From: Chrysomallon squamiferum
Lineage: Eukaryota; Animalia; Mollusca
Length of the DNA: 64,000 nucleotides
Assembly (NCBI GenBank): GCA_012295275.1
Contig: CM022679.1
Location: 6,386,001 to 6,450,000 of the forward strand
Direction of reading: 5' to 3'
Below, piece after piece: positions 1 through 12,622 of this stretch. Below the pieces are notes generated by a model. The model had not been told where the DNA came from, searched no databases, and worked only from the letters and a program-made list of their open reading frames with translations. Position 1 is the stretch's first letter. Every line of letters starts with the position of its first letter. A program made the translations under genes and the position numbers.

Positions 1-1112
1 TATGTTATTCTACCTAGCACAACACGTTAATACTTCATTGATGTATGAAAGAGTCTGGAAAAAGAAGATGATACGGCGTCTAATTTCTTCTTTAAGTATA
101 TGGAAATAAATGTGTTCTTTAAATAAATATGGTTGATTCTTTTTTTCTTTTGTTTTTCCGACTAAGCTGAACGCTGATTCAGTTTTCATAAATCACGAAG
201 CTTTTTTTTTCCTTCTGTCTTTTCCCTTTGCTCTTCAGTATTTCGTGATCTTCCAATATTATAGTCCGACTCGTTCAGATAGCGGCTGGATACTTCGCTA
301 TCGATTTAATAATTTAGCTTAAGTGAACAGCTTGTGGAGAGTCGCTCCAGTAAGGTTGGAGGCGTCTGATGTAACAATACGAATGAGTAACCACATCATG
401 CGTGCTGTAACGCAATCATTTTTTAAAAGTAGAACGTTAGCGATGACCGTACCGTTGTTCATAACGATGTTTAGTGACATTAATTAACGAGACTTCGTTC
501 AGCAAAAACATTAGGTGATCTGTGAAACGGAAGGTTGTGAATGCCCTGCTGTTACCCATAAAAAAACAATAATACGATAAACCGGTTTAACAAAACATAC
601 ATTAATGAATGAAAAATGATGATTTAAGTTCAAATACCTAAATAGATATACAAGCATATATATGCTCAAAACAATGTAGCATATAAAAATTTTGAGTGCT
701 GTTTACATTATCTCCACTTTTGTTCTTTTTATTTAATAATGATATCTTAGTAGATCTACTAATCACATTAAAATGTCTTAAGAATATTAACATTTCTGAT
801 TTTTTTGATTTTTTACTCTACAAGTTTAAAATGATTATTTTCTCTCCCGCTTTAACTTTATGAATATTGCATAAATTTTGTCACACTTATATTAATATAA
901 TTATAATTATATGTTAGCACAAGTTTTGACTACACCAAAACCGGCATAATAAAATCTGAAAAATAATGTAATAAATCTCCATATTTCAACAACATTGTGG
1001 AAGTGCTTTCCTGAATTAATAATTTGATCGTGCTGCAACGTAAGGTCCAAAGTCACTACATTGGCACTTTGGAAAGTTAATATCTCTTATTGTTTTAAGA
1101 CTACAGCAGTAT

Positions 1113-1916
1113 CTATGCAGCTTTCTTAGTTTTAGACTTTTTGTCGATGTATGAGTTGTAGAAGAAATGGGCAAAGAGAATAAAATAACTCAAATACATC
1201 AAGGAAGAATATTTTAAATTTTCGTAGGTCTGTTCGCAGTATTCTCCTTTTGCCTTGACCATGTACACGGAAATATTAACAATACAACCAACCGTCATTT
1301 GCAACAACTGCAACGACGTGATGATTATGTTCACGTATTTAGGAAAGTTGACCCGCATGGCTCGGCAAGCGTAGTAAGTATACATAAACGAATGCACTGT
1401 GAAGTTCATAACCATGAACCACCTACCGGCAGCAGTGTGGGATGCATAGCTGTACCATACATAGAGTAAAACAGTGACATGGTGATACCAGTGAAGGAAT
1501 ATTAGCTGTTGTTTCCTCAAGACGATAAACAGTGTATCTCCTAGCTCAAAAACTTTCGAAACTGTAAATAAACAACACCAAAAACCGGTGGGTCCCATAA
1601 AATAGGACGGCACACATATAGAATATTGATATCCTTTATTGTTCAATGTTGTATAGAGTTCTGGTATCGTGCGGATGGCGCCAATTATGCTGAAAATTGC
1701 TAAAAGACCACTCCAGATCGCCAAAGCCGGTCGTAACCCATAGCTGGGCCGTTCTTTCATGTACATTTGGGCTCCAAAAATGACGAGAACGTACATTCCG
1801 GAGTAGATAAACGAATCAGTCCATCTCTCCAACATGAACTTGAGAAACGAAGGCTCGTCGAAGGATTTTTCGAAGTGGAATACATATGAATAGTTATGTT
1901 CTCCCATTACTGCCAT
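1113..1916 (-). CDS. ELOVL6: Very-long-chain fatty acid elongase, ELOVL6-like (single-exon CDS, 267 aa)
   Basis: ELO family motifs SKVFELGDTLF, FLHWYHH (histidine box), NFTVHSFMYTYY and TSLQLLQM; multiple hydrophobic segments; C-terminal dilysine ER signal (KKAA). Start context AAGATGG. Confidence 0.93.
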   Translation of the reverse strand: MAVMGEHNYSYVFHFEKSFDEPSFLKFMLERWTDSFIYSGMYVLVIFGAQMYMKERPSYGLRPALAIWSGLLAIFSIIGAIRTIPELYTTLNNKGYQYSICVPSYFMGPTGFWCCLFTVSKVFELGDTLFIVLRKQQLIFLHWYHHVTVLLYVWYSYASHTAAGRWFMVMNFTVHSFMYTYYACRAMRVNFPKYVNIIITSLQLLQMTVGCIVNISVYMVKAKGEYCEQTYENLKYSSLMYLSYFILFAHFFYNSYIDKKSKTKKAA

Positions 1917-1944
1917 CTTGTTTGTAGTAATTCAGCGTTTCACT

Positions 1945-2245
1945 CACGTGCTTGACTAATTGCAAGAAAAACCCAACACACACCCGCGTTTCTAGGATAA
2001 ATTACCACACTGCTTTCTTTATCGAGAGGTCGCAATGTACACACCGGGCAACGACGAATGTGATTTGTTGAATGAATGAACTGAGTTCAGGTAGCCAATC
2101 AACATCGTGGATGCATTTGACAGTCGATGAATGTGCTTTCTGCACGACAGTTAACGGGATAGCATTAACGTGCTTGTCTGGTCACGTGCATGATCACGTA
2201 TATGTCTGTTAAGTTAATTTTGTTTTGCACCAGTATACCCACGTG
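1945..2245 (-). promoter_or_regulatory. Putative ELOVL6 proximal promoter with E-box cluster, CCAAT box and initiator-like TCAGTT
   Basis: CACGTG at 1945-1950, 2183-2188 and 2240-2245; CACGTA at 2195-2200; AACGTG at 2167-2172; CCAAT at 2095-2099; TCAGTT (minus strand) at 2079-2084. All lie within about 330 bp upstream of the ATG. Confidence 0.5.
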
Positions 2246-3197
2246 TATAAATAAACACACAGGTATGTCACAAGCCACAAAATCGCAGATACGGACAGTC
2301 TTTGACAGATAAATTAAGCTGCATCTTCATTATGTAAAAATATTAGCAGGGTTATCGTTCGAGTTAAATTATGAAGCGATTAATTTTTGGAATATGTAAA
2401 TCTAATTAACGATGTTTCCGACAGTTCTTTTAATGCTTTACTTAGTACATGTCATTTGAAATAAAAGACAGAATACTGTTTTTAATTCAAATTTGAATGA
2501 GATACTTCTCTTTTCAAGAAGGGCTGCATAGTTCTTTCTCTCTATCGTGTACTGCAATAATTTTGAAGATACTTTATTTACAGACGTATTTTTACAGATT
2601 AGTAGTTGGTTGAAATAAATCATTCTTTTTCCTTCTTTCTTTCTTTCTTTCTTTTTGTTGTTGTTGTTGTTGTTGTTCAGTCAGTCATTAATTAACAAAA
2701 AATAATAAATAAATATAGGAATACAAGAAAAATAAAAAATGAAAATGAAAAAAGAATTAACTGAAACAACATATTGACGATGTTTTAAAGTATCCACTGA
2801 TATCAATTTATAATTAATTTTATTACTGTTGTTTTTTAATTATTACGGTTGTTGTTGTTATTCGTCTTCTTTGTCTTCTCGTTCTTTTTATTATTTTTAA
2901 ATATCTCAATTTAAACAAACTGGCAAATATAACAAGCAATGGTCACATGTCATGATACCTTATTTAATAACAGTTTCTTTCTGAAATGCTGAATGTGCAA
3001 TGTTATCAGTTATGGACCCCTTCATCACTCGAACACTGACACGATGATAATGTTAAATTATTGTTCTGTTATTTCGACGTAGATAAACAGGTGACCAAGG
3101 TGAACTTACACTAAACGGCGTGGAAAAAACTTATAAAATTTGAATGATAAACCGGAATCATTATCATTACATGTTTTATTATTACTACTACTACTAC

Positions 3198-3249
<52 letters not shown>

Positions 3250-4787
3250 TTTTTTTTTTTTTTATATACATTGTGTGCTATAATCTCATAATGTACTGTC
3301 ATGGTTTTGTTCGATGATGTATATAAAACAGCAGTACGTGGTACACGTTTAGGTTTTACAGCGATGAACATAAAAAAAAAAAATAATTATTATTTATCTA
3401 AATTGCAAACAGTTTGAACAGTTCTAAATATTTTAGATATTTCTCGTGTTTATATCGTATACGTTTATGCGCGCGCGCACACATACACACAGAGCAAATA
3501 AAAATAAAAAATAAATAAAAAAAGAGGGCAAAAAAAAAGAAAACCACACGGGTGGAATACAAAGTTTGAACACATCACTATTTAAGAAAATGTTATGGTT
3601 ATTATAATTATTTTGTAGGTTTCTTGAAGTTTTCCAAATCGCTGACTTTTAAATAAACCACATGGCTGTCAAATATATGACTTTTTTATTTTTATTTTTA
3701 TTTTTATTTTTTATTTTTTAAATTTATGTATATATATTTATATATATAAAACAATAACAACAACAACAACAACAAAACAACAAAACAAAAAAACAAAACA
3801 GCAACAGCTTTCTATCTTGTCTTTCGATTAGCAGCATATTTCCTTTATGTGCACCTTCCTGTTGAGAGTTTTCTGCTACTAATTCAGTACTCGATTCACA
3901 GTGCACTGGACACACCAGTCTTGATTGGTCCTGCAACATCACACACCAAACACACTTTTTCCTTTCCTCTTTCTGTTCTTTCCTATCTATATCCCGCCCT
4001 CTCTTTTTATATTTTCTCTCTTTGTCTTTCATACATAGATAGTCTATGAGATGGAGTGATGGATATCGCAAGAGCATTTTTTTTTAACACTATTTCAGGT
4101 TTTTTCTGTATTTGAATTACTGTTGAAGAGAACATCAAATAATCATCAATAAATGATTAAAGATCGATCTCAGATCATGTTATCAACTAGTGGGAACTGT
4201 GTCAGTGTACGAACGTGTCTCTAGGATTTAATCTTAGCTACATCGGAAGATTGTCGTTATCACATTAACATTTTAACCTGTCGCCTGATTATATATTTAC
4301 ATATGGCTGTATTCTTATCACATGAATAGAAGCACTTCGTTTTAAAATAAGGTGAAAACAATTATTAGCTAAAATTAAAACATAAAGAAAGGCTGTGTGT
4401 TCTATAACATATATTTTTGTACGGAATTACTACATTGAGTAAAAGCTTAGTTAAAGTACAGCAACTATTTTTATTTAAATATTTCGCAAGGAGAATAGTG
4501 TTATCTAGTTCACCTAATTTTATTATTATGTTGTTGCTGTTTTTTCACAGTGTATTACTCTTACCCTAGATTTTGTAACAGTGTGGCAAAGTGTAAAGAT
4601 AATGTTTATACTAAGTAGAAGACAAATAAACAAACTTGATTGTTGTAAGGGATTCGGGTAATGACTGCTTAATAGAAACATGTTATTATACCATCATTAA
4701 TTCATTAACGTCTTTTAGGTTTATAGTTTTTGTATTTGTTTTTCTTGCAATACTCATTTCTCGAGGAACTAGAAACAATATATTCTA

Positions 4788-4821
<34 letters not shown>

Positions 4822-7131
4822 TGCGCGTGTATGTGTTATGTATATATTAATGCTTGTGTAGGCGCATACTCCTATGTTTAAATACTTTATATTTCGTCTG
4901 CTTCAAAGGATGTACACGTTTCACATAAATTATGAAATATTGTATGATTTGAACAGTTAAATCTTTCATTTTTCTGAATAAAACCCAACATGTTTTCCTA
5001 CAACAACGACAATACAACAGCTAGTGACAATCGTGATCGTAATTAAGTCAAACTATATAAAAAGAAGTTAATAACGACAATAATACTTACATATATAATT
5101 TTTATTGTACTTGATTATTTGCATTATACATACAAGTGGATTAACTGAGATTAACCCATTACGGTTTAATGCAGTTAATACCGTCTGATTTTTTAGCTTA
5201 ATACGGTTATAATATTGAATTGTTATAACTACGAATATTGAAGCCAATAGAACATATCTTCTGAAAATGCTGCACAATGGAAAAGCCACAAGACATATGC
5301 ATATACATACATACATACTCACGTAAATACATGCCATACAGACAAAAATACATATACACACACATATAAATACATTCTTAAATGGAATATTAGGAGTATC
5401 AACTATTTCAAAGTTCACTTCAGAAAAAAAACGAACCGAAAAAAAAAAAAAAAAGAGAGAAGAAAACAATGATGTTGGTACAAGTTTAAAATAAATAATC
5501 GTTTTACATTGTCTTAACATTATTGACTGAACAGTTACAACAGTTGCAAGCTAATTAACTTATTCCATTTTCTCGCTTAGTTAGGGGTATATTGCACGAG
5601 TTCCATGGGACGTTTATAAAGATGGTGCAACGACCTAGATTACAGTTCTGCGTGCACGACGGTGTGCAATATGTAAAATAGCTCATCCTTTTTTAACGGA
5701 TGACTGATGAGGCAATAACAGTTTCCTGTCACTTATTTTGTTTTACCTTCGAGTAGGTACCAGCGGACAAAGTTTTAAGCTGCAATAACTTACTTTTTAT
5801 AACCGAAGATATTAATGTTTATCTTGATCGGTTTAGGAAATATACTATTTTAAAACTGAAACTGTACATCATAATTATTTGCTTTACCTTACAACCGTCA
5901 AAGTTTAATGCTTTGAATTTTATAATTTCCACAGCTTGTAGCAAAAATATTATTCCTTCGATTTAATTCAGATAATTTATACATGATCCTTATCTAACTA
6001 TATTAGACCCCTCTTTGGAAAAATAGTAAAATGGAAAGATTGCGATGATTATACGAATTATTATTTAGCTTCTTCTTTTGAACAGAAAGTTTTGCTGATG
6101 CCAAAAAAAACCCCCAAAACTTGGGAAAAGAAGTGGTGTGTGACGCGAGCTACAACAAAACGTTTCAGTTTATAATTGTTTATTTTATTATTTCTTATTT
6201 TTGAGGAACTTGTTTTTTAAAATACAGTTCGAAATCTAACTCTTTTAAAATAGCTTTTTAATTGTTTATACATCATTAGCAATATACTGTGCTAAATTTA
6301 CATGCAAACATAATTGTACAAAATGATGTACCTTCTGAGATGTTATGTCATCAATTTATAATCTTCAGACATTTTTGACTAGTTTGATGCTCCTAAGATC
6401 AAATCATTGCACATCGTCTCTCACTCATTCAAATCATCGCAAAATAATAATAAATTTCTATATTATAAATATTTATCTATTTATCCCTAACATTTTGTGT
6501 TATATTTGGAGATTTGACATAAATATTGTAAGTCTTTTATGGGGGATTTTTTAATAAAAAGTATTTTTTCTTGAAATTAAAACTCATAACTCTGAGATAC
6601 TGAGCACGTTTATCCACATTATCCCATCCGGTTTCACTTTAACTGTCTACTGAACGCTAAAGAGTGTTTGTTCATTCTTATTATTGTTATTTGGATTATG
6701 AGTAATTATCGTTTTTCTTTTTTTTTAATTATTATTTATTTAAATTTGTTTGTTTATTTACTTATATATTGATTTACATTTAGAATTTTTGTTTATTACC
6801 TTGATTATTTGTTTGACTTTTAACAATTAGCTTTAACAATTCAATTTAAACTTAATTTTATTTATTTGTTTCTTCACATAAACATTGCTTGGATTTAAAA
6901 AAAAAGAAAAGAAAAAAAAAGAAGACTATTCAATTCTTTAAATTTTGTTTTACATATTTGTTCCTTGGGATAGAATTGCTTGCATTAATTATTTTTTCTT
7001 GTTCTTCTTTTTTAAATTCAACTTAAATTTTATTTTATTTATTTGATTCTTGGGATAGTGTTGCTTGCATTAATTTTTTTCTATTCTTATTCTTCTTTTT
7101 ATTATTATTTTTATTAATTTTATTTTATATT

Positions 7132-7430
7132 CTGTACCTTTGGTGAACAGTCCCCCAGAACTCAGTTTTCAAGTACGAGTTCCGTATTATCCACTCTTCA
7201 GGTGGGGGTGTCATCACTCACCAGGTGACTCACTGTCGCTGCGTTCAAGGTACAGAGACGAATTTCAAGGAGTCTTGGGGAAACAGCGAGGAATAATCAA
7301 GGCTGTCTGTCCCGATGCCAAATTTGAGTGTCCCGTTAAAATATTTAAGCACCTCCACATTCCAAAATCAAGTTTAAAAATTTTGGCGTATGGAGGGTAT
7401 AGGGTACCCCCATCCCGGCTTCTCGAAATT
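7132..7430 (-). ncRNA. Candidate short Pol II structured RNA / sORF gene, copy 1
   Basis: TATATAAG (first T at 7459) lies 29 nt before Inr-like TTAATT (+1 near 7430). sORF 7413-7345. Hairpin 7351-7398. Terminal stem 7132-7140/7247-7255. Function inferred only. Confidence 0.5.
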
Positions 7431-8029
7431 AACGTCGATTCTTTGTCGTCGCTTATATACTCAGCCGAAGATCGGTGTCAAGGAAACGCTGTTAGCCGTG
7501 GCGTCTGAAATAACGTTCGTCCAGAACGAGTTGTGTTTTTGTCTTCGAAATGATTTCGTACTATAATTTACTGTCGTGACATTAGACTGTGATACATATA
7601 CGTCTTTATTGGTGATATGATTCAGTTTCTCTTATATATTTTTTATCGGTATAATGTGAAAAGTGTCTTCGTATTGATTAAATAAAATAGGTTGCAAAAT
7701 AGCATAATCTATAGTTTAATGCGTTTTAAAATACAATTTAAAATCTATAGTTACCTTTTGACATTGCTCAGCAGCAGTTTACAAAATACTAAGCAGTGTA
7801 GAATATGAAAGTTCCAACATTTTTACTCCATGCATTGCTAATATAAATAAATAACAAAGAAACAAAACACCGAGAAACACAGATTTAAAGTGCGAGTTTT
7901 CACAGAACTTTAAATTACTAAATATAGACTGTGACGTAACTGTCTACGATAATGCAAAATAGATACGCTTTCTCAACAATACACACTCAACTTTCACCAA
8001 ATAAACTGTGATTTAAAATATTTAAGCTT

Positions 8030-8064
<35 letters not shown>

Positions 8065-8079
8065 TTTGTTTCCTTGTCT

Positions 8080-8115
<36 letters not shown>

Positions 8116-8486
8116 AGAGAGACAGATACACCTTTGGTTGTTGTTGTTCTTCTTTTTCAGCCTTCAATAAACTGATCTAAAATATTTGAGCTTGTTTTCT
8201 GGGGTTTATTTTTAGTAGGGTTGTTATTTTTATTTATTTGTTTATTTAATTTTTTGTTTATTTATTTATTTTTTTGTTGTTGTTTTTGTGTGTTTTTCTA
8301 ATATAGCTAGATAGATATATTACCTTTTGTTGTTCTTCTTCTTTTTCATAATCTATATGTATGCTTACATATTTTTTACTCTTTAATGTATAATTATTTA
8401 TTTACTTATTTTTTATTCATTTATTATCATCATCATAATCAAACGAGAGAAATGCTGCGTTTATAATATGGGCACCATATGTATAT

Positions 8487-8525
<39 letters not shown>

Positions 8526-8726
8526 TTGACTAACTTACTTATTTTATTTTTCATTTATTCATGTCACTGACTTTGTTAATTGATTTTAATTTTTCTTTAT
8601 ATTCCTTTATTCTGTGGTTTTATTTTATTTTAATTTTTATTTCATTTTATTTTATTTATTTTTTGTTTCTTTGTTTTTATTTTTTGAGATAATACTGCAT
8701 AGATTACTTGATATTTATTTTATGTT

Positions 8727-9024
8727 CTGTACCTTTGGTGAACAGTCCCCCAGAACTCAATTTTCAAGTACGAGTTCCGTATTATCCACTCTTCAGGTGG
8801 GGGTGTCATCACTCACCAGGTGACTCACTGTGGCTGCGTTCAAGGTACAGATTCGAATTTCAAGGAGTCTTGGGGAAACAGCGAGGAATAATCAAGGCTG
8901 TCTGTCCCGATGCCAAATTTGAGTGTCCCGTTAAAATATTTAAGCACCTCCACATTCCAAAATCAAGTTTAAAAATTTGGCGTATGGAGGGTACAGGGTA
9001 CCCCCATCCCGGCTTCTCGAAATT
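8727..9024 (-). ncRNA. Candidate short Pol II structured RNA / sORF gene, copy 2 (1-nt deletion truncates sORF)
   Basis: Same layout as copy 1. TATA at 9053, +1 near 9024. ATG 9007 gives MGVPCTLHTPNF* (stop 8969-8971). Confidence 0.45.
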
Positions 9025-10258
9025 AACGTCGATTCTTTGTCGTCGCTTATATACTGAGCCGAAGATTGGTGTCAAAGAAACGCTGTTAGCCGTGGCGTCT
9101 GAAATAACGTTCGTTCAGAACGAGTTGTGTTTTTGTCTTCGAAATGATTTCGTACTATAATTTACTGCCGTGACATTAGCTTCTGATATATATACGTCTT
9201 TATTGGTGATGTGATTCTGTTTTTCGTATATATTTTTTATCGGTATAATGTGAAAAGTGTCTTCGTATTGATTAAAAAAATAGGTTGCAAAATAACATAA
9301 TCTGTAGTTTAATGCGTTTTAAAATACAATTTAAAATCTATAGTTACCTTTTGACATTGTTCAGCAGCAGTTTACAAAATACTAAGCCGTGTAGAATATG
9401 AAAGTTCCAACATTTTTACTCCATGCATTGCTAATATAAATAAATAACAAAGAAACAAAACACCGAGAAACACAGATTTAAAGTGCGAGTTTTCACAGAA
9501 CTTTAAATTACTAAATATAGACTGTGACGTAACTGTCTACGATAATGCAAAATAGATACGCTATCTTAACAATACACACTCAGCTTTCACCAAATAAACT
9601 GTGATTTAAAATATTTGAGCTTATTTCTTCTTCTTTTTTTTTTTTTTTTTAATTTGTTTGTTTCCTTGTCTGTTTTTTTTTTTTTTTTTTTTTTTAAATA
9701 GATAGATAGACAGATACACCTTTGGTTGTTGTTGTTCTTCTTTTTCAGCCTTCAATAAACTGATCTAAAATATTTGAGCTTGTTTTCTGGGGTTTATTTT
9801 TAGTAGGGTTGTTATTTTTATTTATTTGTTTATTTAATTTTTTGTTTATTTATTTATTTTTTTGTTGTTGTTTTTGTGTGTTTTTCTAATATAGCTAGAT
9901 AGATACATTACCTTTTGTTGTTGTTCTTCTTTTTCATAATCTATATGTATGCTTACATATTTTTTACTCTTTAATGTATAATTATTTATTTACTTATTTT
10001 TTATTCATTTATTATCATCATCATAATCAAACGAGAGAAATGCTGCGTTTATAATATGGGCACCATATGTATATTTATTTATTTATTTATTTATTTATTT
10101 ATTGACTAACTTACTTATTTTATTTTTCATTTATTCATGTCACTGACTTTGTTAATTTATTTTAATTTTTATTTCATTTTATTTTATTTATTTTTTGTTT
10201 CTTTGTTTTTATTTTTTGAGATAATACTGCATGGATTACTTGATATTTATTTTATGTT

Positions 10259-10557
10259 CTGTACCTTTGGTGAACAGTCCCCCAGAACTCAGTTTTCAAG
10301 TACGAGTTCCGTATTATCCACTCTTCAGGTGGGGGTGTCATCACTCACCAGGTGACTCACTGTCGCTGCGTTCAAGGTACAGACTCGAATTTCTAGGAGC
10401 CTTGAGGAACCAGCGAGGAATAATCAAGGCTGTCTGTCCCGCTGCCAAATTTGAGTGTCCCGTTCAAATATTTAAGCACCTCCACATTCCAAAATCAAGT
10501 TTAAAAATTTTGGCGTGTGGACGTTATAGGGTACCCCCATCCCGGCTTCTCGAAATT
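10259..10557 (-). ncRNA. Candidate short Pol II structured RNA / sORF gene, copy 3
   Basis: TATA at 10586, +1 near 10557. sORF 10540-10472 encodes MGVPYNVHTPKFLNLILECGGA*. Confidence 0.5.
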
Positions 10558-12517
10558 AACGTCGATTCTCTGTCGTCGCTTATATATTGAGCCGAAGATT
10601 GGTGCCAAGGAAACGCCGTTAGCCGTGGCGTCTGAAATAACGTCGCCAAGAACGAGTTGTGTTTATACCTTCGAAATGATTTCGTACTATAATTTACTGT
10701 CGTGAAATTAGCTTCTGATATATATACGTCTTTACTGGTGATGTGATTCTGTTTCTCTTATATATTTTTTATCGGTATAATGTGAAAAGTGTCTTCGTAT
10801 TGATTAAAAATATAGGTTGCAAAATAACATAATCTATAGTTTAATGCGTTTTAAAATACAATTTAAAATCTATAGTTACCTTTTGACATTGCTCAGCAGC
10901 AGTTTACAAAATACTAAGCAGTGTAGAATATGAAAGTTCCAAATTTTTTACTCCATGCATTGCTAATATAAATAAATAACAAAGAAACAAAACACCGAGA
11001 AACACAGATTTAAAGTGCGAGTTTTCAAAGAACTTTAAATTACTAAATATAGACTGTGACGTAACTGTCAACGAATATCCAAAATAGATACGCTTTCTTA
11101 ACAATAACACAGTCTACTCCAATTTTTACTAATCAATGACAGCTAAAAAAAAGAAAATATAATATTACTAAAACAGCTAGATCCTGAAATAATTTATCCA
11201 TATTTACCTTTTTCTTCTATTTTATTATTATTTTTTATATATATATATATATATATACGATATTTAAATTAGATTATGAATGAACTGATTTAGTTAAAAA
11301 TAGAACCAGCGTCTGGCGTAAAAATACACCAATCTTCAAAAGAGTCACACAACTTTAGCTGTGGATATATACCAATTTCTAAAAATAAATAATAGCTTGG
11401 GGAAAAAAAGTAAATAAATAAATAAAAATACTTGTGAAATATAGAGATACTGAAATAACTTAGTTATGAAAAAATGTATAAATAATCCAAACATTAATTT
11501 ATTTATTGAAATGAGTAAAAATCAATTCAGTAGAATATTCTAGTTTATTGGTTACAAATTTTCGTATTACAAGTTATAATTACATAAATATCTGTAACAG
11601 TGTTTTCTTAACAGTTAACTTGATCAGTTACTGTTTTAAAAATTGCATTTCAACAAAAGTAAACAAGAGAAGCAATAAATAAATAAATGAATATGAACAT
11701 AGTGTTACATTTTTGTTTTTAGTTATTTATTTATTTTTTGATATTATTATATATTATTTTTTAATTAAGTACCAAGTGACAAAATATTGTGAAGTGTTGT
11801 TTAATACTATGTTATGTAGAGGTTGTCGTCACTATCATGCAAAATGGAGGTTTTCGAGCGAAAAGTGAGGTTACTAGAATCTCTTTCTGTATTTTAAGTC
11901 AACTTTCACCAAATAACCTGTGATTTAAAATATTTGAGCTTAATTTTTTTTTTCTTCTTTTTAGTTTGTTTCTTTCCTTGTCTGTTTGTTGGTTTTTAAA
12001 TATAGATAGATAGACAGGTATACACTTTTGGTTGTTATTGTTCTTCTTTTTCAGCCTTCAATAAACTGTGATCTAAAATATCTGAGCTTGTTTTGTGGGG
12101 TTTATTTTTAGTAGGGTTGTTATTTTTATTTATTTATTTATTTATTTTTTGTTGTTGTTTTTGTATGTTTTTCTAATATAGCTAGATAGATACATTACCT
12201 TTTGTTGTTCTTCTTTTTCATAATCTATATGTATGCTTACATATTTTTTACTCTTTAATGTATAATTATTTATTTACTTATTTTTTTATCTATTTATTAT
12301 CATCATCATAATCAAACGAGAGAAATTCTGCGTTTATAATATTGGCACCATATGTATATTTATTTATTTATTTATTTATTTATTTTGCATTTATTCATGT
12401 CACTGATTTTGTTAACTGATTTTAATTTTTCTTTATTTTTCTTTTATTCTGTGGTTTTATTTTATTTTTATATTTATTTTATTTTATTTTATTTTATTTT
12501 ATTTTATTTTATTTTAT

Positions 12518-12548
<31 letters not shown>

Positions 12549-12622
12549 TTTTTTTTTTTTTTTGGTTTGTTTTTATTTTTTGATATAATACTACATGGAT
12601 TACTTGATATTTATTTTATGTT

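Noticed and set aside
3111-5520. Low-complexity ORFs (poly-I, poly-C, poly-F); similar ones at 26286, 27363, 31797 and 52459
   Set aside because: Translations of microsatellites and homopolymer runs with no coding signal.
5700-5730. CTGATGAG hammerhead-like motif
   Set aside because: No stem II or GAAA downstream.
7170-7205. Hammerhead-like CUGAAGA...GGAAC..GUA on the minus strand
   Set aside because: GAAA core is GGAA and stem I cannot form.
7132-7430. Cassette as telomerase RNA or H/ACA snoRNA (terminal ACA, ANANNA, TACCCTATACCC repeat)
   Set aside because: No CUAACCCUAA template. The candidate template varies between copies, the ACA lies inside a stem, and H-box/hairpin spacing does not fit.
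7132-7430. 7SK, 7SL or other Pol III RNA
   Set aside because: No GAUC motifs or Alu-domain sequence, an internal TTTTT, and no terminal T run.
7140-7508. Plus-strand ORFs across the repeat cores (MVNSPPELSFQVRVP..., also 8708, 10231, 12595)
   Set aside because: Mostly no ATG start, no recognisable domain, differences between copies almost all non-synonymous, a frameshift in copy 2, and promoter signals on the opposite strand. Not fully excluded as an internal exon.
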